Of a stretch of DNA of 64,000 nt, positions 1 through 8,934 are shown piece after piece (within the stretch, counting starts at the first letter, position 1; each line of letters starts with the position of its first letter). A program made the position numbers and the translations under genes. Source of the stretch: a virus (Duplodnaviria; Caudoviricetes); IMG/VR virus record IMGVR_UViG_2852079565_000004, positions 55,005 through 119,004 of that record, one strand, 5' to 3'. The notes beneath the pieces were generated by a model. That model searched no databases and was not told where the DNA came from. It saw only the letters and a program-made list of their open reading frames with translations.

Positions 1-761
1 TTATCATTATCAGCAATAATCACAATCGGTACATCTGTTTTACTTCGCACAGCTTTAACTACTTCAGGTAAATTGCCGCAATCAATCGCCATAATGCAAG
101 TATACCCTGTCGCTTCATAACAGGATGCCGCCGTCGCAAACCCTTCGGTTATCAATATGGTGCTGCTATCGCCCTCTATCACATAGCAAGCCCCTTTTTT
201 GCCACAATCTTTATAAAAGCGTTTAGTACCATCCACCCAAATGCGTTGAGCCGTAATGAAGCCACCTTTATATTCACTCAATGGAATAACCAATTGATTA
301 CCATTGACTAATATACCGTGCGCCTCCACTTTTTTTCTCAACAAGTAAGGATGATTATTTGAAGCTAAAGGAAACCTTTGAATATGCTCGCTTAATTCTG
401 CTCTGTTTTCTGCAAATAGAGCTTCTCGTGCTGCATCATTAGCTGCTTTCAATTGCTTATATTCATCTATTCTTGTTTTTTGCTGTTCCTCTGACACGGA
501 ACTTAACCCATCACTACGCCAAATTACCTCTCCTAAATCCTCATGAAAACTTTTCGCTATTAACCAATGAATTTTTCCATTTTCATCGGCTAATGTTTTT
601 ATATAACCGCTAGTTTCTCCTTCTTTATCATGTGTATCTTTAAAACGTGGATAGTCCACCTCGATATTATGTATTTCTGCATCTTCAGCAGCAAGTTGAT
701 GTTCTTTAGCTAACTTTAATAACGAATCGAATGCATATTGATTGTGTTCATCAATAGTCAT
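1..761 (-). CDS. TOPRIM-domain primase (P4 alpha/TraC-like), runs off window edge; absent from ORF track
   Basis: Manual translation from ATG at 761 (GGAG RBS): ...HPYLLRKKV...ILITEGFATAASCYEATG...IVIIADND; TOPRIM EG and DND motifs; no stop before position 1. Confidence 0.85.
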   Translation of the reverse strand, partial: MTIDEHNQYAFDSLLKLAKEHQLAAEDAEIHNIEVDYPRFKDTHDKEGETSGYIKTLADENGKIHWLIAKSFHEDLGEVIWRSDGLSSVSEEQQKTRIDEYKQLKAANDAAREALFAENRAELSEHIQRFPLASNNHPYLLRKKVEAHGILVNGNQLVIPLSEYKGGFITAQRIWVDGTKRFYKDCGKKGACYVIEGDSSTILITEGFATAASCYEATGYTCIMAIDCGNLPEVVKAVRSKTDVPIVIIADND

Positions 762-836
762 ATTTAACTCCAATGAGTGTTTAAGATAAAAGTTTGATGA
801 ACCTCACTCGACTGAGTGAGGCTGTTGAGTATTGAA

Positions 837-1202
837 TTAAAAGTTTTTAATAGAAAACTCTTCTAGGTCACCATAATCATCAAATATAATTTTGAGAAAA
901 TAATGACCATCACAAGTGAAAAACTTATAGTCATTGGATTCGGGGCAATACTCGACATAACCATCTTCTATGTAAAGAATATCGTCGAGAAGTTCAGGTA
1001 TGTATTCAAGACGACCTTCTTCACTATTGATTTCTTTAAATATAGCGATCTTAGTGCGAAGGGGTAAATTATTAAACTGATTACTCATAATATCTCCTAT
1101 CAATATTATTAATTTTGGATGTAATATCGACTTAGATGTCATATCGATATAGAGGAGATTAATATATTTAGAGAATAAGTAGCAGCTTGCTTGGTAGCCC
1201 AA
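837..1202 (-). CDS. Hypothetical acidic protein (true start may be ATG 1088)
   Basis: ORF; GGAG RBS before MSNQF. Confidence 0.55.
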   Translation of the reverse strand: MGYQASCYLFSKYINLLYIDMTSKSILHPKLIILIGDIMSNQFNNLPLRTKIAIFKEINSEEGRLEYIPELLDDILYIEDGYVEYCPESNDYKFFTCDGHYFLKIIFDDYGDLEEFSIKNF

Positions 1203-1219
1203 ACAAGCTATCTTGACAT

Positions 1220-2074
1220 TTATTGTTTTTTATGAATCAAAGTCTCATACCAAGCTTGAAAACTTTTATCAGCTGGTAAATCGCACTTTGGGATTTCGCT
1301 AAACTTCTCTATTAACTCTAATTCATCAATAGTTCTAGGGAAGTAAGTTACCTTTTTATTGTTATCCTGTTTAAATTTTAGGTAAGACTTATATTCCTGA
1401 TAACACCCACTACAACAAATATCTTCTTTATAATATGATAGCGGAAATACAACTCTATTATTTAACGCCTGATTCTCTATTCTAGATTTAATTGATTTTC
1501 GGGATAAAGATATCCCCTCATTTAACTCTTCACCTGTTTTGCTATAAGCATTAATTTTATATAGATAAGAAAGCTCATCTGAAAGTTGTTCTAAAAATGA
1601 ATCATCCCCTTTAACTAATAATATATCATCCCATTCAATCCCTATAATTTTCATTATAACCAATCTAAAATATAAGTAATTATTGACATTTTTTATAAAA
1701 TCTTTCTTTTCCTCAGAAAAATTCCTATATTTCAAATTCAAAAACAAGGCTTCCTCAAGTCCACAATCTTTATTAAGATATTTATTTATTGCTTCTCCGA
1801 GATAATATCTAGCTATACGAGGCAATTCAAAATCATTGAGTAAAAGATAACTTATATGTTTCAATACACGTTCAGGTATGCCCTCTGGAGCTCTTTTCTT
1901 TTCATGATACTTAACTAATGGAGTATTAATATTTTCATCCCCTCCATTTTTTTCAACTAATGTAGCAAATGAGTCCTCATCAGTTATATCTAATTTATTT
2001 TTATCCATTCTCATTAAGTTTTCATACAAAAATTCATATTGTGGCTCTTTTTTTTCTTTCAAATCATCACTCAC
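1220..2074 (-). CDS. Hypothetical protein, low GC
   Basis: 284-aa ORF with AGAGGA RBS; no recognised motif. Confidence 0.7.
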   Translation of the reverse strand: MSDDLKEKKEPQYEFLYENLMRMDKNKLDITDEDSFATLVEKNGGDENINTPLVKYHEKKRAPEGIPERVLKHISYLLLNDFELPRIARYYLGEAINKYLNKDCGLEEALFLNLKYRNFSEEKKDFIKNVNNYLYFRLVIMKIIGIEWDDILLVKGDDSFLEQLSDELSYLYKINAYSKTGEELNEGISLSRKSIKSRIENQALNNRVVFPLSYYKEDICCSGCYQEYKSYLKFKQDNNKKVTYFPRTIDELELIEKFSEIPKCDLPADKSFQAWYETLIHKKQ

Positions 2075-2171
2075 TTATCTATCCTCTTTAATAAAACAAT
2101 AACAACTATTTTTAAAATAAGCATATTCAACACTATTATCATTTTTCAGATAATAAATTGGTATAAGAAAT

Positions 2172-2627
2172 TTGACTAAACCACAGGAGCTAGCTATGCA
2201 AGCAAAAATTAATGAAGTTCGAGAATACTTATCAAGCCGTCTTTATCTTACCGACCAACTGACATCCCCTCAAGACACTTACGACTTTCTCACTGTTCAA
2301 CTCGGTGATAAAGAGCAAGAAGTATTTTCGGTAATCTACTTGAATGCTCAAAATCAAGTCATACAATACGTTGAAATGTTTAACGGCACCATTAATCATA
2401 CTAACGTCTATCCCCGAGAAATTGCGAAATTAGCTTTAAAACTCAATGCCGCCAACATTATCTGTGCCCATAACCACCCTTCTGGTACGGTAACCCCATC
2501 AAAAAGCGATATTAAAGTTACCGATAAGCTGAAAACAATCATGCAGTTGTTGGACATAACACTGCTTGACCACATTATTGTGGCTGGTGGAGAAACAATG
2601 TCATTTGCTGAAAAAGGTCTGCTATGA
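2172..2627 (+). CDS. RadC-like JAB/MPN domain protein (short, mobile-element type)
   Basis: E...HNHPSG...S..D...LLDHIIV JAB motif. Confidence 0.92.
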   Translation: MTKPQELAMQAKINEVREYLSSRLYLTDQLTSPQDTYDFLTVQLGDKEQEVFSVIYLNAQNQVIQYVEMFNGTINHTNVYPREIAKLALKLNAANIICAHNHPSGTVTPSKSDIKVTDKLKTIMQLLDITLLDHIIVAGGETMSFAEKGLL

Positions 2628-2877
2628 AAGGGATTCTCCTCACTGCATTAATAAAAGGGCTTATCACATTTGCCTTTCATCTACTAAAAGTTGTATCTGC
2701 TGCTCACAACTAAACCTAACTTAAATTTCATTATCACCCCTACCAATAAGCATGCTTTAAAGTCATGCCACCAGCCAAACCATTCTATAAGTGACGAAAC
2801 CATACCAAAAGGTCTCTTTTCTGATTTGGCGTGATTTTTCATCATACCATGCCCTATTGGTAGGTAAGGAGGATTTC

Positions 2878-3438
2878 GTGGCAGTTGTCGGCTACGCACG
2901 AGTGTCAACTCGAGGCCAAAGCCTCGATGCTCAACTTAATGCATTACACGATTGTGACAAAATATTTAAAGAAATTATCAGTGGGGCAAAAGATAATCGC
3001 CCAGAGCTTGCTGCCCTACTCGATTACGTTCGTGAAGGTGACACAGTTAAAGTAACAAAACTTGATCGGCTTGCTCGCAATACAAAGCATTTACTAGAAA
3101 TATCCGCTTACTTAGAAACAAAAAAAGTACGGTTATTAATTATGAATATAGGTATAGATACAGACACCCCAACAGGTAAGCTAATGCTTACAATGATAGG
3201 TGCTATTGCAACGTTTGAGCGTGAAATCATGTTAGAACGCCAAGCAGAAGGAATTGCACTAGCTAAACAACTAGGTCGGTATACAGGGCGAAAAGCAACC
3301 GCTAGAGCCAAAACAGCGGAAGTTTTGGAGCTACTAGCCCAAGGCGCAACCAAACCTGCTATTTCAAAACAACTTGATATCAGTATTACCAGCATCTATC
3401 GCATCGTTAAAAGTAACTCAAATAGACTTTCATTATAA
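2878..3438 (+). CDS. Serine recombinase (resolvase/invertase)
   Basis: GYARVST, KLDRLAR, C-terminal HTH; start taken as GTG 2878 after TAAGGAGG. Confidence 0.92.
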   Translation: MAVVGYARVSTRGQSLDAQLNALHDCDKIFKEIISGAKDNRPELAALLDYVREGDTVKVTKLDRLARNTKHLLEISAYLETKKVRLLIMNIGIDTDTPTGKLMLTMIGAIATFEREIMLERQAEGIALAKQLGRYTGRKATARAKTAEVLELLAQGATKPAISKQLDISITSIYRIVKSNSNRLSL

Positions 3439-3448
3439 GGAAATTATC

Positions 3449-3844
3449 ATGGCGTTTTACACAATGACAAACTTTGCAGACCGTATCTCTTTCATGAAAG
3501 ATGGTCAATATGTAGGCTCAGCAATGCCAAACGTATTCGGTGGTTATAATCTCTCAGGAGCAACTGGAGAGTCTCTAGGCCACACTAGCACCTTAGGTGA
3601 CACTGAAATATTTCACGGCGATATGGGTCAACTAGAGGGCTTTGCGAGACCCAACATCTTTGGTGGCGTTGACTACTTAAGTTCGACGGGTTCATTTCAA
3701 GCCATGTCTATACCCGATTTTCAAGGTGTGACACTGCATGATATTGCTGATGGTTCATCTGAACATATCTCAATGATTGGGGATAACCTTACTGACGAGC
3801 ACGTTGATGGATTATCCAGTTTCTTTCATAAATTTCTGGGGTAG
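3449..3844 (+). CDS. Hypothetical protein with PN(V/I)FGG repeats
   Basis: AAGGA RBS before ATG 3449; MPNVFGGY/RPNIFGGV repeats. Confidence 0.65.
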   Translation: MAFYTMTNFADRISFMKDGQYVGSAMPNVFGGYNLSGATGESLGHTSTLGDTEIFHGDMGQLEGFARPNIFGGVDYLSSTGSFQAMSIPDFQGVTLHDIADGSSEHISMIGDNLTDEHVDGLSSFFHKFLG

Positions 3845-3849
3845 TTAAC

Positions 3850-4602
3850 ATGGACGATTTTCAACGCATTGAAGCTACTGCATTAACCATCATGATAATG
3901 CAGGCTACTGAAATAATTGAAAAAGAAGAAGATACTGCTTGTCTTGTCGATGTTCCATACATACTGTGCAAAGCACTTTGCGAAGCGAACGATTCTGAGC
4001 TTTATACCCACTTAAAGCTAACTGATGAGCAAAGAGCAAAAAGCATCAGTGCAGTTACAGCTATGCTAGCGGATAACGATAATTGGCTAAGTCAAGCTGC
4101 TCATCTCTATAATCTATTTTCAAACCCACTAGGTAAAACTATACGAGACACCATCACTAAACAATATGATGAGAATCCACTGGTTAGAAAGATCACTCGT
4201 TTATACCGTGGATTCGGTCTTGATTTAGTGCTTGGCGTCTGTGATGAACTCATTAACCAAGGTGTACCACCTAACAAGTTATTAGCTGACTTTTCCGATT
4301 ATCAACTTGCCAACCTTCCCTGTGAAAACTTTGATGAAGTCGTACAAGTTAACGTCGATATTGGTGTTGTATCAGGTCAAATTGACAGCAAGGAAGCGAA
4401 GTATGGTGAATTAGCTGGTAACGTAGGCGGCTTCGTTGCAGGAGCCAAAGCAGGGGCGATCATCGGTTCATTCTTCCTCCCCGGTGTTGGCACAATCGTC
4501 GGGGGTGGAATTGGAGCTGCTGCAGGTAAGGTATTTGGTAAACGCATGGGTAATCTTGCTGGTCAAGGCTTTACTGAGACAAAAGGCTCGAAATCTAAAT
4601 AA
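3850..4602 (+). CDS. Hypothetical protein with C-terminal glycine zipper
   Basis: GGFVAGAKAGAIIGSFFLPGVGTIVGGGIGAAAG. Confidence 0.75.
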   Translation: MDDFQRIEATALTIMIMQATEIIEKEEDTACLVDVPYILCKALCEANDSELYTHLKLTDEQRAKSISAVTAMLADNDNWLSQAAHLYNLFSNPLGKTIRDTITKQYDENPLVRKITRLYRGFGLDLVLGVCDELINQGVPPNKLLADFSDYQLANLPCENFDEVVQVNVDIGVVSGQIDSKEAKYGELAGNVGGFVAGAKAGAIIGSFFLPGVGTIVGGGIGAAAGKVFGKRMGNLAGQGFTETKGSKSK

Positions 4603-4701
4603 CAATCTTCAAATATATGGCGGTTAGCAAAATAATCATAGGAATACTAACCGCCCCTACTCACTATCAAAATCAATAAACTCTTTAATGAAGAGGTCAA
4701 T

Positions 4702-5082
4702 ATGTACGCATCATTATATCTGTCATTTATGCTAGGCTCCGTTGCTATGGGAACAAACCCTGTAAGCACATACAATGACATGGAAACATGCAAACAAGCA
4801 CAAAGCCAACTGACCGTTGCTGGCACGAAAGGTATGTCCATAAAGTCAACGTGCAGAGAAACACCGATGTACTACCCTTCAGGACCTTACCTCAACGGTA
4901 TCCTTGCTGGTGGTAAAGGCACTCAAGCAGGTAAAACACCACCGTATTCAGACCTTCACATCTTTGAAGATGACGAATACGAAACATGCGTCGGAGCAAT
5001 TAAAGAAGTCGCTAAAAGCATGGAAAATGAACCCGCGATGCATGCCGTATTTTTCTGCGTGCCAGTACAAAAGAAAGTGTGA
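4702..5082 (+). CDS. Hypothetical, probably secreted Cys-containing protein
   Basis: GAGG RBS, hydrophobic N-terminus, 4 Cys, hairpin at 5094-5130 after the stop. Confidence 0.6.
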   Translation: MYASLYLSFMLGSVAMGTNPVSTYNDMETCKQAQSQLTVAGTKGMSIKSTCRETPMYYPSGPYLNGILAGGKGTQAGKTPPYSDLHIFEDDEYETCVGAIKEVAKSMENEPAMHAVFFCVPVQKKV

Positions 5083-5348
5083 TTAATTTCCAATTAAAAT
5101 AGCAAGTCCAAAAATTGGCTTGCTATTTAACTAAAACAATAAATTCGTATTTGTAATGGTCAATAAAAATTGATCATAGTTTTATGAGTATTCCCTATAT
5201 AATCGTTCTGATTCATTGGGTGCTAAACCACCATTATATTGATAAGACCTACGCTGAACATAATACCCAAGGTAAAGTAGTCAACTAACATCTAATATAA
5301 AATTGAATTTAACTTAATCAATTAAAAAATCACTCATTTCAATTAGTA

Positions 5349-5379
5349 AATTAGCCCTCTGTATCTAAGAGGGCTAATT
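5349..5379. terminator. Hairpin after the SIR2-STAND gene
   Basis: AATTAGCCCTCT-N7-AGAGGGCTAATT. Confidence 0.6.
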
Positions 5380-5380
5380 A

Positions 5381-7876
5381 TTAGAAATTTAAATCAGTAT
5401 CTTCCATTTCGGAATCCATCACTCCTGTAGTAGAATACTTAAGTAGCATGCTAGAGGTTGACTCTATTTTTGAGTCTTGAGAAACTTTATTAGTAAAGTA
5501 TATTTTACGGATTCTTTCATAATATTCGCCCGCGATTTTTCTAGCTTCCTCTTTCCCTCTATATTTTTCAGCTATTTGAATATGACCCCTCGAAAGAGAT
5601 ACAAGAGGATAACCATCAATAATTTTAATTCTTCCCCCATCAAGCCTTAAGAAAATTTCTTCTGCTTCATCAAGTAAATCATATGCTAACTTCTCGTTAT
5701 TACAACGTAATGCTATAATCATTTTCATTTGTGCATACGCATGTTCAATTTGTGGAGAGTTAGGATAAGCAATGTTAGCAATTTTTATTTTTTCATAAGC
5801 ATCATCATAATAACCAAAGTCCCTAAGGGCTATTCCATATTGAAGCAGAAATAAACCTTCATGTTCTAATTTTTTTTCATATTTATTATATAAACTCAGA
5901 ACTAGTTCCTCATCATTACGTAATAATTTCCTAATATTTTTAGAATTCACTAACGATTTATAAATTGCTGCTTCTGTTTTTATAACGTTAGTTACTATAG
6001 GGGTACTGTACACTGTAAAAGCTGAAATATATGCAGATAAAATACTATAAATATACTGAGTGTCTAAAAAATTATTGAATAATCTATCTATATAATTATA
6101 ATGCCTTGCTTCTATGAACCCGTTCTTATAATAAATAATACCATCCATCTCACTAGCAAGTTGAACTATATTCGCATTCAAATTCAGCTCAATTAAAGCT
6201 CTAGTTAGTGTGCTCTCATGAGCATCAACCCTCTGATATGTTGCAATACCAATTAAAACAAGTAATGCCTTATGAGAATTACTTGGAATTTTATCAAAAT
6301 CATTTTTTATGATCTGATTATACCCTTCTCCCATAGTAGTTTCCATCAAGCCAATAAGAAGTTGCTTTCTAGATTTATTGATTAACTCATCCAACCTTTG
6401 CTTATGACTGAGCCTACCTAATTGAGTCCAAAATCCAAACTTTTCAACTTTATTCAAAATAAGTACTGCATCATTTTTATCAATCAAGGATATATCCATT
6501 TTCATATAGCTTTCTTGACTAAAATATTCTTGCCCCCTATGTTTCCAAATACTTTTACTTTCCGCACCTATAATCACCCCTTTCTTTATTCTATTTTCAT
6601 ATATGACCTCACCTATTACTTGGGCAGAATCAGCAATTCGATCAAGAAAAATAAAATACCTTCCTTCGTTTTTCTTTTCCAGCTCAACAATTAAACTGGA
6701 AATATTAGCATTAATACTTTCAATGAAATAACATGGAATATTAATCTCAGAAAACTTTAAAGCAAGCTGTTTCAATAGAGTGGTCTTACCTGAACCAGCT
6801 GAACCAAAAATACAATATAAGTTTACACCATCTTTTTTCTTCGATAACTCAAGTAACTCAGCATATATTTTTTTTGTATTTTTCAATTCAGCAGGAACAC
6901 GGTCTAATATATCCTTCCATGTTGGTTTAAATCCTCTATAGAAATTCCTAATAGGGCTACCACTATCCCTTTCATTAAGAATTTGTATGTTAGCTCTACT
7001 TATTGGAAGTACATCTCTAAATATCTCTAAATAGTGAGATTTATCATCTTGCGCATTAACGTTATATTCAGGCCTACTATTTATTAATGTGTCTCTTGGG
7101 GTTAGAGGTTCTGGAAATTCATTTATTAACCATTGAGTAAAATCACTTAGCTTACCGGAAATATGTTCAATATTATATTCCTCCAGTGTAATTTTCTCTA
7201 TGGTAGTAGCTGAGGGTGTAAGCACATAACTACGTTGCTCTTTGCTCGATGTTGCCCCTTTATACCTTTCTATCTGATGATAAAATAGTGGTTCTGATAA
7301 TTTAGTACCTATAAATAAAAATTTATAATTATAGAAGTCTACTCCTAATTCTTTATACCATAAAGGCTCTCTAGCGGAAGATTGTCCGTATTCCTGCTCA
7401 GAAAAAATATACCCATCATCAGGTCTTTTTATATCTCCATTTAGTTTAATATAATCTATATTATAAAATAGCTGGTCAGGTGGCGATACATTATCATTTC
7501 TACCCCTAATATAAAGATTTTGCTTTGAATTTCTCGAAAAGGCATTTTCACATGCATCATCGATATTTAGGGTATATATTCTTCTAAAGACATATTTAGC
7601 TAGGGTATTATACTCCGCGGAAGGTTTACAATGGTTGAAATATGAGTCAAAAATATTATCAAGTTCATTTCCTAATATTTTTTTACTGGCTGAATAAACT
7701 TTATTCAATGGTTCATTTGAGTATTCTAAACCTGATTTTTCAGCTAGAATTTTAGCTAATTGATAACCTAGCGGTATCGGTTCGTTAAGTTTTGTAGTAG
7801 AAGAACCAGATGCTCCTGCACCAAGAAGCAATACAAGCCTACCTTCTTTAATAGCTTTTTTTATATCACCATTCAT
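5381..7876 (-). CDS. SIR2-like + STAND P-loop NTPase + TPR-like protein (Avs/NLR-like antiphage candidate)
   Basis: LLLGAGAS, YTLNIDD, IKLNGD, FLFIG in N-terminal domain; Walker A GSAGSGKTT; helical C-terminus; start ATG 7876 after GAGGTG. Confidence 0.85.
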   Translation of the reverse strand: MNGDIKKAIKEGRLVLLLGAGASGSSTTKLNEPIPLGYQLAKILAEKSGLEYSNEPLNKVYSASKKILGNELDNIFDSYFNHCKPSAEYNTLAKYVFRRIYTLNIDDACENAFSRNSKQNLYIRGRNDNVSPPDQLFYNIDYIKLNGDIKRPDDGYIFSEQEYGQSSAREPLWYKELGVDFYNYKFLFIGTKLSEPLFYHQIERYKGATSSKEQRSYVLTPSATTIEKITLEEYNIEHISGKLSDFTQWLINEFPEPLTPRDTLINSRPEYNVNAQDDKSHYLEIFRDVLPISRANIQILNERDSGSPIRNFYRGFKPTWKDILDRVPAELKNTKKIYAELLELSKKKDGVNLYCIFGSAGSGKTTLLKQLALKFSEINIPCYFIESINANISSLIVELEKKNEGRYFIFLDRIADSAQVIGEVIYENRIKKGVIIGAESKSIWKHRGQEYFSQESYMKMDISLIDKNDAVLILNKVEKFGFWTQLGRLSHKQRLDELINKSRKQLLIGLMETTMGEGYNQIIKNDFDKIPSNSHKALLVLIGIATYQRVDAHESTLTRALIELNLNANIVQLASEMDGIIYYKNGFIEARHYNYIDRLFNNFLDTQYIYSILSAYISAFTVYSTPIVTNVIKTEAAIYKSLVNSKNIRKLLRNDEELVLSLYNKYEKKLEHEGLFLLQYGIALRDFGYYDDAYEKIKIANIAYPNSPQIEHAYAQMKMIIALRCNNEKLAYDLLDEAEEIFLRLDGGRIKIIDGYPLVSLSRGHIQIAEKYRGKEEARKIAGEYYERIRKIYFTNKVSQDSKIESTSSMLLKYSTTGVMDSEMEDTDLNF

Positions 7877-8411
7877 ATTCACCTCATTATCAATATATTT
7901 AATAAAAAAGATATATAGCATATATTTGAAAAAAAGCTAGTTATACGTTATTTTATTCAAAAAACAGGTATTTACCCATCTATGACTCCTTGATTTTTTT
8001 AAAGTATTATCCTCCGAAAGATATTTTCACATCTAAGATGGGATACCATTAATAATCTCACAGTAAAAATTAATGATTTACATTTTAATATCAAAATATT
8101 ACAACTAGCCACCTCCTCGTTTCATGATATACACGCATATTCACTAATACTGTTTATTTGCTTGTTTCTTTATTAATTATAAGTGATTCAAATAACTCTC
8201 CATTATCTAATGTGAGTGTTATCCTATTAATTAAATTTTTTATAACATAATTAACATACCTAATTTCAATTCAACTCCCATAAGAGGAGTTGAATTAATA
8301 ACAAACCTCAATACCACATACTTGCAGTCATAAACTGACTGTGCCACACTATTGTGCCATAAACTTCATCGACATAGATAGAAGAATCAAACAGTTACAT
8401 TGGGGAGGAGC

Positions 8412-8429
8412 TTCAAGCCAGCTCCACCA
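8412..8429 (+). other. tmRNA (ssrA) 3'-end fragment; island/prophage junction (attL of prophage)
   Basis: TTCAA-GCCAGCTCCACCA equals tmRNA 3' end TTCAACTCCCGCCAGCTCCACCA lacking CTCCC. Confidence 0.75.
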
Positions 8430-8556
8430 AATTTGGTGGGTCAGTGATAGGACAACAGGTTTAAAAACAGGAAGTTAGCAAAATTAGTTGGACTAGGTAC
8501 TGGCAACATTAAGACTAGAAAGTGCACGTGAAATGCACGCGCATTTGAAAGTTACT

Positions 8557-8582
8557 AAAAGCTCACTTCGGTGGGCTTTTTT
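8557..8582 (+). terminator. Intrinsic terminator inside the prophage left end (replacement ssrA terminator)
   Basis: AAAAGCTCAC-TTCG-GTGGGCTTTTTT. Confidence 0.7.
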
Positions 8583-8727
8583 ATTGTTCATAGAAAAACA
8601 ACCTATTAAGGTTATTTCTTTGTAGCTCAAATTTAGAAATGGTAGAATTAATTGGAGCTTTCTTACTTTTACAATAAAACATTAGCCGTTTAACAGTAAA
8701 AACGTGTTTTTATAGCGGCTTTATCGA

Positions 8728-8886
8728 CTACTCAGACAACTGTTTTATCACTTGGTAATACAGTGATGGGTCTTTAAAATTCTTAGCCGTAGCTTTAGTT
8801 CCGTACTCGCTCAAATGTCCACCATCATAAGTATATGGTAGATTTTCAGATGTCAGCTCATCACCTAATTCAGAGCCATATAGCAT
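8728..8886 (-). pseudogene. Remnant of an acyltransferase-SGNH (OafA/OafB-like O-antigen acetyltransferase)
   Basis: 52-aa ORF MLYGSELGDELTSENLPYTYDGGHLSEYGTKATAK...; YDxxHLSxYG resembles the SGNH catalytic DxxH block. Confidence 0.55.
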
Positions 8887-8934
8887 TTTTCTAATTGGAT
8901 AGGTCTGATAATATAAACCTATCCAATCTTATTT

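Larger units (their letters stand above)
1..8429. mobile_element. Right end of an integrative island / phage-satellite-like element
   Basis: Primase, RadC, resolvase and defence cargo; ends with arm-like direct repeats TGTGCCAC/TGTGCCAT (8340-8360) and a damaged tmRNA 3' fragment. Confidence 0.65.
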
